Positions 1 to 13,135 of a stretch of 64,000 nucleotides of DNA are shown piece after piece (position 1 is the first letter of the stretch; every line of letters begins with the position of its first letter). This stretch comes from Geosiphon pyriformis uo1 (lineage: Eukaryota; Fungi; Glomeromycota): assembly GCA_016748015.1 (NCBI GenBank), contig JAAOMT010000484.1:9443-73442 (forward strand). The letters run 5' to 3'. The position numbers were made by a program, and so were the translations under genes. The notes beneath the pieces were generated by a model. It worked only from the letters and a program-made list of their open reading frames with translations, searched no databases and was not told the origin of the DNA.

Positions 1-220
1 ACAATTCGGAACAAAATGGCTACGTTTCATAAAACCAAAACAAATCAACCGACCCCTATCAAACACTACTCTAAAAAAGCTCCTCCTTAGGCGATAGACT
101 CAAAGCACCCATAACTTCAACGACCACAAACCCTTCCGACTGGATCAACCCTCTCCTCCCACATTCAGCACGAAACTCTGAATTGGGCAACCACACGCGA
201 CTCCTGTGGCTGGTCAAAGC
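1..220 (-). mobile_element. 3' fragment of a LINE ORF2 (C-terminal tail), diverged relative of the LINE at 22.5-29.5 kb
   Basis: Locally higher GC. Minus-strand translation HRSRVWLPNSEFRAECGRRGLI aligns by eye with HRAKVWLTRANHRVVMEKAGLV at the end of the 996-aa ORF. Confidence 0.45.
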
Positions 221-1899
221 AAATTAACTTTTTGATATTTATTATCACAATTGCAATTTTATTCTTTAATCTTACAATTTTAGTAATTATACATTTTGAA
301 TTTTTTGATTCTTTAAATGATATTATATTAACTACAATTTTTGGATATGTAAGCTTTGTTTTGAATAATAATATCAACTCTTAATTTTTTGGTCTTGGTA
401 ATCAAATATTGTTAAATGTAATAATAATCTGTTTCATATACTTAAACATATTAATTTTACAATAATAGAAGAGCTTGCCATCAGACATTAACTTGTGAAA
501 AACAAACCACTTATTATTATTATGTCTTTAAATGAAAAACTATAAAGCATGTTTATTATTATTTAGATAATAATAGGTTTATAAAAATATGTAATAAGCA
601 TTAATAGATTATTTCAGATATTTCATAGTTTTGGTTGTTTATTTAAAAAAAAAAGCTATTTATAAGTGTATATAAAAAAAAAAGAAATAGCGGGGAAGGT
701 GTGGTAACCAAAAATAACATTTATACATCAACCTTTTTCTACAAGAAGATTAGTAGCGTGATAAATTTCGCTAATGGTATTACCGCCATCACTTTCCACC
801 AGATTGTAAAACTGACATAAAATTAAAAAAAATTAATAGTAAAAAAAACAGTTGCAATTTCAAAATTCAAATTTTATACCAGAAAATTTTTAGAAAATAG
901 GAGTGTGTGACTTTGAATTGAAAAACCTTCAATGCATGTACGGGTTAAAATTGACAAAAAAAAATTAATAAAATCGTTCAAGATACTAAAAATTTTTTTT
1001 AAGAGCTATATACAAAAAAGGTTGCTTACAGTTCCGTGGCAAAAAAAAACAGTGATTCAAAAGGTTTTTATTGGGCTATTAAAAAGAATGGAAAAACTTT
1101 CCAGAGGAGGTGGCACTTGCTAATATTCGTAGCATGTTTGCCTGTATTCAAGCTAGTTTAAATGCAGGAGGCGATACTACATATCAATTTTTATATATAT
1201 TATTAAGGTATTTTTGAATAAAAAAATCTTCTGGGGCTGTGTTTGAAAAATTGTACTATATTTTAAATAACTAGGCTTGAAAGGAAATTATTTAATATTG
1301 GTACCAAACATTATTTAATTACTGAAATAATTTCAATTTTGTCGTAGTTCGACGTCACGCCTCTTTTGACCAATTTCAAACAAGACTTTCAGACTAATTA
1401 AATTAAGTATAAAATTCAAATTTTTTTTCACTATCTGAAACTACTCGATGCAAAAAACACTTAAAATAAAATAAAATAAGCTTTTTTATCGCTTTGAAAT
1501 TTTAACACTATTATTTTTACGAATGTTTTTTTAAATTTTTACAAACTATTAAACATTTAACTAATTTTTATAAATTATTTACATTTTGGCAAACTTTTAA
1601 ATATAAGATATTTTAGTTTAATTTATAATTTAATTATATAAATTGGGTTATTAATGAAATAAAAATCATAAATAATTTAAAATTAAATAATTAAATGTTA
1701 AATATAAACAATAATATATACCAATTTCATAATAAAAATTAAGAATAATTTTATGCTGATTAGAAAAAGTATAATTATTATGAAATAGAACATAATTAGT
1801 GAATTACTGAAAATTATATAGTACCGAGAATAGCAAGTCCAGTAATAGTGGATTGAAGGATAGAATTGCACTTAGATTGAGTCACAATATAAAAAAAAT

Positions 1900-3107
1900 A
1901 TTACATGTGTGAACAAAACATGAGCTGCATCTACAATTCATTAAGCATTAAACAAAAATCTTAATTCTTGAACACATGGTATAATACAATAACAACTATT
2001 CTTGTACAACCATTTTCATATACTCTACTTTTTATTGGTCAAATAAAAAAAAAATTTTTTGTTATTCATAACAAATAGTACATACAAAACGAAACTAGGG
2101 ATTTTTTTTGTAAAATAATTATTACTTTCAAACTTTGAAAAAACCAAGATCATTTCACGAAGAATAGTTATTTTTTTATTTTTTTTATTCAAGTTTACAA
2201 CAATTTTCTTAATGGAATCAAAGAGATCAGAATAAAGGTACTTTTTTTCATGAAGTAGTGGCATCTATTTTAAAACCTTTTTTTGCTTTAAACAAATTAC
2301 ATGATTGCAATTGAAAAGTAATATATTTCAACTTAATTTTTAATAAATTATTAATTCTATTATATTTGTAGGTTAAATAATATATTGGATGCATTAACAC
2401 ATTATAAAAGAAAATTCAACCCTTTACTTCAAGACAAAAAACTCAATTTCACTATTTTTACATCAACAATAAATAAAAAGAAATTTTTGTTTGTGGTGGA
2501 AGTAAAATTACCAAGAAATTATCATTCAAAGAATTTATTTAATAATAAAATAAAACTAAGATATTTGATGATGAATTTTTTGGACAAAATGATTGATAAT
2601 TATATAAAAAACAAAGATGCAATCATTTGTGCCTTCTTGTTCAAGATAAGTTTTTGGAATTATAACATTTTATGATATTTATAATTATATATTTTTTTTC
2701 AATACTTAAAATTTCAATGTACACTATACACAATAGATTTTCAATATGATAGAGTTTATAGAATCATTTTTTTGGGTCAATTTTTTCTTCTTTGAAATAA
2801 TTATGACTTTAGAGTTTTGCCCAATATTATTCAAGTATTGATAAAAGAAAAGGTTAATACAAACTTTTTTGTTATTTTAAAATTTTATTTTTTTTAATAT
2901 CTTGTAAAAAATACATGTGAACTTTGTATCAAAAGTTTGCAAACTTCAAACTTAAAAGCTAAAGTTGTTTTAAATAAGCAAGATCAGATAGATGAACAAG
3001 AAAAAAGAAAATTACCAAAAACACCAATACGTAAATTGATGATTCGGTATTTATATCATATGTCTGTTAAGATTCCAGCTTCGAGTCAAAGAGTAGATAA
3101 GCTGTAA
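1900..3107 (+). pseudogene. Decayed multi-exon gene for a PD-(D/E)XK restriction-endonuclease-fold protein (Mucoromycota/Glomeromycotina expanded, Crinkler C-terminal-like family)
   Basis: Remnants KKLNFTIF...FVVEVKLP (2385-2675; reverts to KKPDFTIF...EVKPP by C>T/G>A), FQCTLYTIDFQYDRVYRIIFLGQFFLL*NNYDFRVLPNII (2711-2852) and a last exon ending TAA at 3107. In-frame stops are present. The 5' boundary is approximate. Confidence 0.55.
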
Positions 3108-3835
3108 TTGGTTGCTTCTAATTAAATTTTAAATAAGAATATTGGTTAATAAAACAAAAAGTTATAATTTTAAAAATAAATTAATAATTTTAATAATTAA
3201 ATATCACCTACCAAAATTTGTTATAATTTTACTTTCTTTAAATACCAAGTTTAACTTTTCAATAAAAAGATATTTTGTAGTAAAAATTACGTTTTGTAAT
3301 AATGACATGTCTTATAGCAAAGGAGAATAGAAATATGAAGGAATAATTTAAACAAAAGCTTATGGTAAAAGAAAGATATTTAAGTGCTAGATAGCCACTT
3401 CAATTTCTTCAGTTCTCTTGCTTATGTTTAATTGGTTTAAAAAATTAATTTATTTAAATCGGGTTTTTTTGTATAGTAAAAATTATTTACTTAATATTTT
3501 TGTTTGTTTAGTATATTGTTAATATTATACTTTTAAAAATCAAATTTTATTAAAATTAACTATTGTGATTTTCATTACTTAAATTATAAAATATACAAAA
3601 TTTTTATTTAATAATTATTTTTTTTAAAATATTTTTTTTAATCGAATTTAAAATATTTACTTTTAATTGAATACTTTTTTTGATTAAATTAAAACAATTA
3701 ATAATTTTTAATTGTTTAAATAATGCAAATACAATAAAAATTTTAAATTTTTTAAATCATGTTTGATTTTATCATTTTTTGCAATACTGTTTTTAAAATT
3801 TTTATTTTTATTTTTTTGCAATTTTAGGATTTTAT

Positions 3836-3856
3836 TATATATATATATATATATAT
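3836..3856. repeat. (TA)n microsatellite
   Basis: Direct reading of the sequence. Confidence 0.9.
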
Positions 3857-4340
3857 TATTAGTTAGTTATTTTTTTAAGTTTATGCAATTTTAATTAAAT
3901 CAAAATTTTAGGCTTTTTTTTTGCAAAATTACACATAATTTTTTTGTAAAATTAAATATATATTTAAACCTTTTATCTAATTTACAAAGTTTTTATTAAT
4001 TAAAAATTGTTGTTTTACTATTTTTGGTAATTTATTACAATTTAAAATAATTTTTATTATTAATTTTTTGAATTGGTATTACATTTATTGAAATATGGTT
4101 AAGTGAAAATATTAATAAATAAAGTTTTAATTGATTTTTTAATAAGATAAAAATAGTTAAAATATTGTTTTACAAAATAATATAACATAATTTTTTTTAT
4201 TAAGAAATTTTTAAAAATTTAAAAATTTTATTATTATTATTATTATTAAAGAAATTTGTGTTTACTTTTTAACTTCATTATATATATAATAGCTTATTAA
4301 TAAAATAAAATTCTTTTTAAAAAAATAAAATAAAAATTTC

Positions 4341-4374
<34 letters not shown>
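4341..4374. repeat. (AAT)n microsatellite
   Basis: Direct reading of the sequence. Confidence 0.9.
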
Positions 4375-4378
<4 letters not shown>

Positions 4379-5160
4379 CAAATTAAATACATTGAACTAT
4401 ATTTTAAATAAGCATTGGCTATTTAATAATTATTATTTCTTGCATATTTATGCTTTTATCAATCAATATTTGAAAAAAAATTTGCAAAGTACCATTTTTA
4501 TTTTTTCTTTGAATAAATATTTCAATTTATTTAATATATGATTAAACTTGATGTAAATAATATAATAAAAATAATATTAATATTAATAATAAATCATTTT
4601 CTTTGTTTAGTAACTTATTAATTATTTGTCAATTATTATGTTCATTTTTTAAAAAAAAGTTATTATAAAAATTCAATATTAATCTAATTATTGAATTATT
4701 TGAAAAATCATAATTTGATTTAAATTATTACGTTATTAGGTAATACTTTAATATATAAAATGATTATTTACATTTCAATTATACTTATACAAATATAATG
4801 TTAACTTTGATTTTTTCAAAAAAATAACCTATATGGTTTAAAGAATTGACCACATCTTAAAAATGGAATTATTTTGGGAATAAAATTTTAAATACGAATT
4901 CGACTGTATCTCGGTTTTCCGTGTAGTGTAGCGTGGTAAGTTAAACCAATTTGGGAAATAAAATTCCTCGCTTTTTATAAGTACAAAATTTTCCACAATT
5001 ATTTAATATTAAAACGTCGGGACATCTAATGCTAACACTCTCATATAAATGTATACTTTGAAAATAATTTCAAATGAATTACGTTGATGAATACAGTTTA
5101 TTCATTTATCAAAATGTAATATGAGTCCATTTGATTGATTATATTAAAGGAAAATATTTT

Positions 5161-5936
5161 AATTTAGAATTTAAATGCGTTTTCTAAATTTTTCCCTCTT
5201 CCCTATCAATTTCGATGATACGTTCCAATATTAGTTTGTGTGAGTTAGATTTCCCACTTTTTCTAAATCTTTTGTTATTTCTAGTCTACTTCGATAATAT
5301 GTTTCAAGATTCATTTGTCCAAGGAAACTTCCCGCCTCTGCTGCTTTTGAATCGAGTTCAAATGCTTTTCCTGAAAACTTCGTTATTCCCCCTCCCCCAT
5401 TTAGATGACATGTTGCAAGATTGTAAATCTCCCACCTATGCTGCTTTTGAAAAGAGTTCAAATGCTTTTTCCTCATTTTTCATTGTTCCCAATCCATTTT
5501 GATAACAAAGTGCAAGTTCGTTTTGTGCATTTGCATTTCCCACCTCTGATGCTTTTGAATAGAGTTTATATGCTTTTTCTCAATCTTGTAAAGTACCAAT
5601 TCCATTATTATAACAATAACCCAAGAAAAATTGTCCAAAAGAATCTTTTGCCTTTGCTGCTTTCTGAAATTCTAGAAATGCTTTTGTTAAATTAGGAATA
5701 GTTCCAATTCCATGTTCTAAAGAAAAGCCGAGCAAAATATAGTCTATCGAACGCTTTGAACTTTTATTTTTCAAATAATTGAAAAAGTCTTCAAGATATT
5801 TTTTCACAAAGTCAGCAATTTTTGAATATTCACTCGCTGAAAAAATGGCCAAATTTTCTTTGATGATAATTAATACTTTTTCAAGCCTGTCAAGGGTTAA
5901 AGTTGCCTTTTCAATTGATAAAGTTGCAGACATCAT
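5161..5936 (-). pseudogene. Sel1-like repeat (SLR) protein pseudogene
   Basis: Repeated LGxCYxNGIGTxxDxEKAFELxxKAA units. In-frame TGA at 5580-5582 and TAG at 5436-5438, then a frameshift into the 5231-5476 frame, which continues the repeats. Confidence 0.85.
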
Positions 5937-6833
5937 TTGAATATTTTTTATAGGTAAAGAAGGATTTTTAAAGAGTTCATCTTGCTAATAAATAAGAATT
6001 TTAACCTATATTCACATTTCCTAAAAAAGCTAAATACGTAATCTCGTTGCAAGGACTATGTTAAAGGTAATCAGTGAAAGGGATTTTATAATGAAATTAA
6101 AAAAAAACTGGATGCAGAGAATTGATTGGTCCTAAAGGAGTTTCTTCTTACAAAACTCGAGACAATATTTAATATGAACTACTCAGAGACGGAAGTGACC
6201 ATCCTGAAGGAAACATTACCAAAAGATAACCACTAGACAGATGAAGAAGGATTCAAGTTTTTTGTGCACTACTTTTTTTTGGATTTTGTCACAAACTTTA
6301 AGTTTCTCTCTCAGGCCGAAAGAAGTAATTGACCTTTGATAACTTTAGATGCTATAAAATAAATTTTTAACCTTTTTGCAATTCTTCTGAGTGAATTGAT
6401 TGAACAAGAGAAGTTTGCTCAAAAAAACTACAAGTATATGCTTGAATCAGATATCATTATACGGAACAAGAAAATAAGTTTTCTCTACTAGACTATTGCA
6501 GTAAGTTTCTAAAAATAATTATAATAGTTTTTCTTTTATAGCACTGATGTCATTCCCAATGGGAAATTTCACATTTCAAATCTCTGTATCTAGATTAAAA
6601 ATTCATCGGCTTACAAAGGCCCCTTTCACAAAGATCTCTGATCAAGAACCATAATTGGGAGATAGTGAGACTATGCGATCTTCAGGGTTAGCATACTTAT
6701 ATGACATTGTTGATCTTTAAAAGTTTCTTTGCGACAGTATCCGCTCAACCACTTAGGCTTTAATAGTGGAAAAACTCAACCACACACATAGCTTTGCGAC
6801 CCTTAAATTAAATAAAATCCTCATGCTAAAATA

Positions 6834-9800
6834 ATGGATAGTGTACCGTCAGACGTTACAGAATCCTTAAAAGAAACTCCCAATGAAGAGGCCCCCAATG
6901 ATTCGCTTACTTTGGGACAACTCAAGAGCCTTGTAAAACAGTTTCCTAATAAACTCAAGGCATTGTAATTCTTTCTATTTATAACCACTTTTCAAGAAAG
7001 AAAGGCCCTTAAGTCGCTTATGTTGACCTTGGTGCCTTTCGGGTCATGATTTTTTTAATATTTCATTTTGAAAATTTATGCTGACTGGGCTTCCGTTTTT
7101 CTCAAAAATGCATTCATTTTCCACATTTTCTTGAAAATGTAGTCAAAAGAAATTTCTTTTATTTATGCAGATAGCGATAGAATTTCTAATGAAATAAATG
7201 AGTTTTACAGCTATGTTGAAATATCACAATGCTTCGAAAATCAAAAGGTTTTCGAGGAAGGGTTTGATGAACGTATATATATTTGGTTTGATTTATGTTG
7301 ATCCGTGTTATCGTACTCTTTCACGAACTTATCCCTCTTTTTCCTTGTCACTTTCGCTTTCCCCACGATATATAGTCTGGACGACATCTGTGCCATCCGA
7401 ACGAATTACCTATATCGAATATTTGTTGGATGCTTTGGAGTTAAAAGATCCGGAAAAACGTTTTGCTGCTGCGAGGAAATTATTATACATTGCGCAAGGT
7501 AGATTTAATTTACCTTCTTAATGGTATCAAGAAAATGTGAGATATTTAATCAATATCACCTGGAATTGCATTATTCATTTTTCTCTGGTCTCAAAATTAG
7601 GAACCTTTGGAGAAACACAATCAGTCAATCAGCATCTTCATTGGATTTTCGAGAATAATAAATTATTAAGAAAAAGAGGTGCGCTCTTGTCATATTTCCA
7701 AGCTCTCAAGTTGGCATCCCAGGCGCATAATCACTTTAGGTATTTCTCAACTAATTTTTTATAATGTTTCTTTTGATCATTTTCCAAATTTTAAATTAAT
7801 ATTTTGATTGTTAGTCGTCCTGATCTCAACATTTCATCCGAAGAACGGCAAGCTTATATTGATGATACACATGCCGAGATAGGCTTTTATTTAACTCTTT
7901 TATATATGCTAGTAGAAGTTCATCGTGAGGACTCAACTTTTGATACCGAATTAGGTTGTGGGTCTGTTTCTCATTCGTTTACAATTTGTTGAATGAGCTC
8001 ACAGTTTTAAAAAAAATTTCAAAAATAGTCGAGTCGGATCCTCCAATGGTAGTTTTTCTGTTTGAAGTAATCGCATCACTACGTGAAAAAAATGCCAAAG
8101 GATATCCCGTTAAAAAGGTAATGAATTTTTCTTGGGATAATTTTTGATTTATAGGATAAAAAGACAATAAATGACTGAGCATATTCAATTTCTCAGTTGC
8201 TGCTATTACTATGGAAAGTCATTTTAACAAGCTTAGGGGGAATTGATGAAATTGATAGACTTAAGAACGTCGTACGTCAACTTAATGGACTTCCATCCTT
8301 TAAAAACCAAGGTAATCCTACAGATGCTACATGAATCATGGATAGCACAATTGCCGATAGGAAATTTGATTTAATCATAATCAATATTCTAGGTTTCCTA
8401 ACAAAAACAACCCCAATGGACTATTACACCTTTCAAACCGAAGTCACGCAAAAATTTCCTACATACACTCCACCTCCTTACCAATCAATAATCCCTGATT
8501 CGCTCTATTCCTTGATTTCAAATGGTACTAACAGCAATGATTCAACCACTCAAAATTACACATCAGCCACAAATGGGAATTTCAATAATAATCCAACGCC
8601 AAAGTCTCGGAAGCAACAGTTCCAAACTAATCAACGGCAACCATTTATATTTCCGTTTTCAAGATCAGCCCCAACTGTTCCCAAATCAATACAAGAGGCG
8701 GGGGATTTATATCTCAAATTTATGTATACAAGTCTTTCTACTTGGCAGTGTTCTCTGGAGAAGCAAGAGATGAAAAGCCAACAAAATCTTAACATATTAT
8801 ATGGAATCAAGAAAGAGACTCCTATTGGCAATTGGGGACACGACACGGTAAAACAATTAGAAAATTTGCAAAGGGATCAATTGCAAATTGAAGAGAAGGA
8901 TATTGAAAAATTAGGAAGAGTGGAAAATCTTTATGTATCCTTTTATTCTTTTTTCCTATTTCTCTGATACCAAAGGGATTTATTGATATTCTTTACCAAA
9001 AATCATTATTCCACATTTGTTTCTCTATGTAGATGTCAATCCTGCCTCACATGCAAAACATTATTATAGTACTTTTGAAACTTTTGCTTGCCACTGTTTC
9101 ATCCAACAACAATAACACGACGAAGGGCGCCGAAAATGTTGATAATGGCGGGAAAAGGAGTTCTACGACCGGAGGTTGATTCTCCTTCAAGTTAACTTTC
9201 TATAAAATATTACCTACTATTCATTAATCATCACTGACCATGTGAATCTAGAAAACAGCAACAATACGTTTTCTAACGGCAACACTGTGGAAGAGATCGA
9301 TATTATGCGACATCGTGAAATTACTTCTAAAGCGGTTTCAGCTATTCTTTTGCTGATGCTCAAGCATTTCAAACTCTCTCGTATCCTTCAAAATGTCTTT
9401 AACTTTTTGATCTTTGGATTTTGGACTCAAATTTATCCTAAATTTTCATCGTTGGCAGATGCTCTGAAGTTTGAATATCTCGCCCAGTTATTGGTAGATT
9501 CTAATTGTTTGCTTCTCATATTAAAGATGTTTGGTTTACAAGATGTTGGAGTCACGGTAAAGGCAAAAAATGAAGTGGAGGAGCTCAAGTAGGAAATAAA
9601 TTTCAATTTGGATCCCTTTAATGTCACTGATAAACATGGCATTTATTTTTCAATGAATTTTTAGTTTCTTCCAATATTGTAATGCTAATGACACGAAGGA
9701 TGTATGTAATTCTAATGGAAATAAACCCCTTGATGGCTTACCATCAAACGGACATGAGAAAAATCTCAATATACAAAACATGAACCCGAAAAATTTACCA

Positions 9801-11076
9801 GAAAACGAGGAAACTGACACTATGAAAGAGGACAGGGAGAATAATAGTTCAGAAGATTATAACGTTGAAACCAATTATTGCTGGCGAAATTTTTTTGCTG
9901 CCATCAATTTCTTGAGAATCTTGCAAAAATTGACAAAAAGGAAGACGCACAGAATATCATTATTAGTGCAGTATAAATCATCGGTAAAACCATGAGACTA
10001 CATTCTATAACTTCAATCTTATTTAGATTTGAAGCAATCAGCTGACTTGATTTTATCATTTGGACTAAGGCAATTCTGAAAAAAATATTAAAAGTATCCC
10101 ATCCCTTATCAGAATTGTACGCTTTGAAAGTATTGAAAAATCAAATCCCCTTCGTCGGGAGAAAATGGCGCCAAAGTAAGTAATTTATACATCAATGAAT
10201 TGATTGTTGTATAGTAATTTCTTAATGAAAATCAAATGGAGACTAGGTAATATGAAAGTCATTACTTCTATCTATCTACGCTGTCGACCGGATTTAAGGG
10301 ACGAATGGATCGCATCGACGGACGCTGACGCCGAGCTCGAAGACGCTTTGGCAAGTAAATTAGCAATTTAATAAATATTATCTGAATCAATAATCTAAAA
10401 CTCATTGAAACTCAATATCTATAAACTATTCTAGCCTCAAGAGCAAGCGCTTAGGGAACTGATCAAGTTTTATAATAACCGAAAATATGGTCCATTAAAT
10501 GGGCCTGAGAAGCAATCCAACAGCAGCAACAATCAAATTGAAAAAAACTCCTTACCAGATATATTTCCTCCGAACCGTTCACAACCATCCAAAGTTTTCC
10601 ATTCTGCTTACATTGCTGACGATATAATGCTTGACGAAACATTTTTAACAAACTGGGAACAATGGCTCCAAGAAGAGGTTTATATCTTTTCTATGACAAA
10701 GCCTCATCTCAGGGGTGTTGACGAATATTATAATGATGAAAATGCGATCAACTTTTTCGGAGATGGCTCTGAGTGGGACATTCCCCCTACTCCACCTGTC
10801 AAAGAACGAGATCCGTTCACAACTGTCGAGTGGCAAAACCTTTCGCCAGTTGAGTGTAAGAGTTTTGAGGATGAATGGAAAACCCAGAAGTCTACTAAGT
10901 TGTCCTACGATGAAGATGAAATGGAATATTTTTTGGATTCGAGCTCCTTTGCAAATGGGGATCAAAAAGATGTCGACTCGACCTATAGGTGGACTGATGA
11001 ACTATTAGGCCCATTCGCATCGTGCGAAGTCACCATCTATGAACCTAACTCTGAACTTGCTGATCCGGAAGCTTGA
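6834..11076 (+). CDS. FAR11: Far11/STRIP family STRIPAK complex subunit (N1221-like and DUF3402 domains), 15 exons, about 991 aa
   Basis: Exons 6834-6959, 7143-7272, 7376-7498, 7601-7739, 7815-7954, 8029-8117, 8197-8311, 8393-8934, 9033-9174, 9252-9380, 9459-9588, 9665-9983, 10070-10175, 10247-10350, 10435-11076 splice in frame (2976 nt). Family motifs: DSLTLGQLK, LLYIAQGTF, YPVKKLLLLLWK, VPKSIQEA, RHREITSKAVS, KFEYLAQLLVDSN, WRNFFAAIN, GRKWRQSNMKVITSIYLRCRPDLRDEW, PQEQALR. Confidence 0.95.
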
Positions 11077-11649
11077 ACGGCCAGGATATTGAATTACTTT
11101 TAATCGGTAAGGTTTTTTAAGTTTTGTTTTTTGATTGTCTGTTACAAAATGAGCAATCAGCCATCAACATCTCTAATGGTTTTATTGAACATGTCAACAG
11201 TTCTCAGACGCGGTTAACTTTTACGGTACCATATACACAGTAAATTTGTTCAAGAAAAAAGACTATTTGCTGGAAATTTCAAGCCTTCCTTCAGCCAACT
11301 CATTCGCCAATCAGATTAATCAATTCTCCATACAAACAAGAACGAAGACCGCCAAGAAATTTAGATCATTTAAGTTCAATTTCCATACAACAATAGACCA
11401 ATTCTTTAATGCTGTATTAAAATAAGTGATGTATAGGTAAAATTCGGTAATTTTTTCCAAAAGGGCTGATGTTATTGTTCGGGCGATCATATTATATGTT
11501 TGAGTTCAAAAATTAATTAAATAAATTTGTTAAACTTAAAGTTTTATTTAAATATGTATATACATTATAATTAAATAATTACATAAAAAAAACTTGTTTT
11601 TTGTATTTTTATGACTACAATCAAAGTAAAGAGTAATAAAGAACTTTCT

Positions 11650-12747
11650 TTCTTTTTATTGTTTTTAATAAATTTAGCACTTAAAAAGTTTTTTTGAAAA
11701 TAAAAACAGTTAAACAATACTTTTAAAACACAAAACAGGTTTTGGCTGTTAAAAAAGCACTTTTTAACAATAAGTAAAAGTCTTTATTTACTCAGTTTTT
11801 TTTAAGTAATCAATCAAAACAAGTTATGTTTTATATGTAACTTTAATTAATTAACTTTTTAGATTATTTGTTTTTAAAAATTGAATTGATAAGATAAAAA
11901 CTAAAACACTTTTTTTTTCTATTTTTAAAAAAGCAACAATATTTAAAAAACAATTATAAGTTATTAAAGATTTCTGTTATAATTTTATATCATGTTTTTT
12001 TAAATGTTTTTTTTAATAAAATCAAAGATACTTTAAGTATTTTTGGTAAAATTTTTAATATTAAGTTAAAGCATGTTAGTTTATAATAATATACTGTTAT
12101 GTATTTTAATTTTTTGAACTATTAAAACTGTTTTTAATTACTGGTTAATTTTAAAAATATTATTAAAATTTTTTTTTAATCAATTAAAATATTGTTTTTT
12201 ATAATACCAAGTTAATAAATTTTTTTTCTGGTTATATAGTCTTTAAAATTATTAAGTTAGTTTTTTAAATTAATATTAAATTTGTTTTTTTTAGTTTTTA
12301 ATAATTATTATCAAAAATATAATAATTTATTAAAAAATAAAAATTATATATATTTTTATTAAAATTATTTTGTTTTTTATAATATTTTTTTAATTAAAAA
12401 TATAAAGATTTTTGTTTAAAAGTTTTTTTAACAGTAAAATAATTTAAAAAAAATATTTAAATTTAATATTTATTAATTTTTATTTTTATTTTTTTAGTTA
12501 ACATATAAGTTTAATTATTAATTAATAAAATAATATTTTAAATTTATTTTTATTTACAATTCTCTAAAAAAGTTATTTTTAAAAAAAAGCTTTTATATTT
12601 TTATTATAATTTTCAATATTTAATTTAATAATTTAATATTTTTTTTATTTAAATACAAAACTGTTATTAGACTTAATAAAAATATAAGTTTTAATAAAAA
12701 TGTTAAAAATTTAGGTTTTGGTTTTGTTAATAAATTTTTTTTTAAAT
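11650..12747 (+). mobile_element. Heavily decayed copy of the ORF1-like element family seen at 51.8-54 kb
   Basis: Remnants IFGKIFNIKLKHVSL**YTVMYF...VFNYW and TKLINFFSGY (about 12030-12250) match VFGKVFCVVLKFINVWQYVVVYL...AFNY and AKLINFFSGY of the 52.7-53.3 kb copy. Boundaries are approximate. Confidence 0.6.
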
Positions 12748-13135
12748 TATTATAGTTAAAATTTATAGTTTTTATTAATTATTATATATATTAATTATTT
12801 TATTTTTTAACTGTAAAAAGACATAAAAAATAAAAATTATTTTTAAATATTCATATTAATTATTTTTTTAAGTATCTAATATTTGTTAATATTTATATAT
12901 CTTATTTTTTTTGATTTGTATAATTATTAATTTTAAAAATTATTCAATAAATATTTACTAAAAAATATAATTAATACTTAATATTAAATTCTAAAAGTAT
13001 TAAAATTATATTAGTGTATTATTTTTTGTTAAAAATATGAATTATTTTTTTATTTTTAAATTTTTTTATTATTTTTAAAAAGAATAATAATTGAAATACT
13101 TATAAAATTAATTTATTTTATTATAAAGTTTAACA
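12748..13135 (+). repeat. LTR-like repeat family D (partial; appears to resume at about 22420-22500 after the LINE insertion)
   Basis: Starts tattatagttaaaatttatagtttttattaattatt, as at 50148 and 55117/58667. 22438-22490 matches about 50755-50810. Confidence 0.6.

Noticed and set aside
1140-1170. Imperfect hairpin CCTGTATTCAAGC...GTTTAAATGCAGG (possible Helitron end)
   Set aside because: No correctly spaced CTRR terminus or other Helitron evidence was found.
3400-4800. Very AT-rich tract as centromere- or origin-like DNA
   Set aside because: It is indistinguishable from end-stage hypermutated repeat and has no periodic structure beyond microsatellites.
6030-6480. Coding-like sequence between the Sel1 pseudogene and FAR11
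   Set aside because: Only short interrupted frames are present and no family could be recognised.
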